32,000 nucleotides of DNA, taken from assembly GCA_027460535.1 (NCBI GenBank), contig JAPZAR010000034.1, forward strand, positions 1,945-33,944, written 5' to 3'. Origin of the DNA: Candidatus Methanoperedens sp. (GTDB lineage Archaea > Halobacteriota > Methanosarcinia > Methanosarcinales > Methanoperedenaceae). The notes under the pieces are model-generated. The model was not told where the DNA came from, did not search any database, and saw nothing but the letters and a program-made list of their open reading frames with translations. Position 1 is the first letter of the stretch. Every line of letters starts with the position of its first letter. Made by a program: the position numbers and the translations under genes. Positions 31,782 through 32,000 of the stretch are shown here, one piece after another.

Positions 31782-32000
31782 ACCTGCAATATACGTTTTT
31801 ACAATTCATAGATTAAATAGTTTCTTGTGGGGCGGAAGTAAAAAAGTGACTGTTACAATTGGTGACGACATGTTAATGCCTCCATTAATCTTTTTGGGTA
31901 GCGTGGTAACGGTCCGATTACCAACATGACCATATCGGTCGACTTCGTGACTGGACCTTTCCGCGCAGCTGTCGATATGCATAAAAGAACATGCGAATGG

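Noticed and set aside
31782-32000. Possible coding sequence at the right edge: a plus-strand ATG near 31936 (MTISVDFVTGPFRAAVDMHKRTCEW...) or minus-strand frames ending near 31858 or 31805
   Set aside because: Several frames are open, none is recognisable and the window ends, so I cannot choose a strand.
1-32000. Window-wide scan for CRISPR arrays, rRNA, IS/transposase, integrase, reverse transcriptase/retron/DGR, and in-frame TAG (pyrrolysine) genes
   Set aside because: I saw no regularly spaced direct repeats, no recombinase or RT motifs, and no split ORF pair that an in-frame TAG would join. The absence is by eye only and could miss degenerate elements.

Overview
The window is an archaeal chromosomal segment. 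Gene content (Hef helicase-nuclease, SRP54, a FlaD/E-domain protein, an AcnX + UbiD/UbiX mevalonate-pathway set, split lipoate ligase, class I FBPase, PEP synthase) points to a Methanosarcinales/ANME-like euryarchaeon, but that is inference only. All family calls come from motif recognition and hand translation; no searches were run.

I call about 45 protein genes and one tRNA-Pro(UGG). The ORF track uses ATG, GTG and TTG as starts and always takes the longest ORF, so several starts are probably too far upstream. It also omits four things I recovered by hand:
- a partial aconitase-X gene running off the left edge (1..728, minus strand)
- a rubredoxin (11395..11550)
- a zinc-ribbon microprotein (18728..18889)
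- an MscS C-terminal remnant (20165..20332)

Housekeeping blocks alternate with visibly AT-richer accessory patches. These carry two HepT/MNT toxin-antitoxin pairs, three orphan genes (265, 403 and 266 aa) and a two-cassette islet beside tRNA-Pro.

The best candidates for undescribed biology are:
1. an actin-fold ATPase abutted (TAAATG) to a FlaD/E-domain coiled-coil protein, with no archaellum genes nearby (27064..28866)
2. the tRNA-Pro/hef islet, where an HNH-like gene and a membrane-protein gene are each bracketed by the same 5' motif and the same 44-nt 3' repeat (14407..16147)
3. a split RLAN + RimK-like ATP-grasp pair next to a GNAT (29392..31404)
4. an FtsZ paralogue with a proline/lysine linker and its own C-terminal transmembrane anchor (6223..7398)

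I saw no CRISPR array, rRNA, transposase, integrase or reverse transcriptase.
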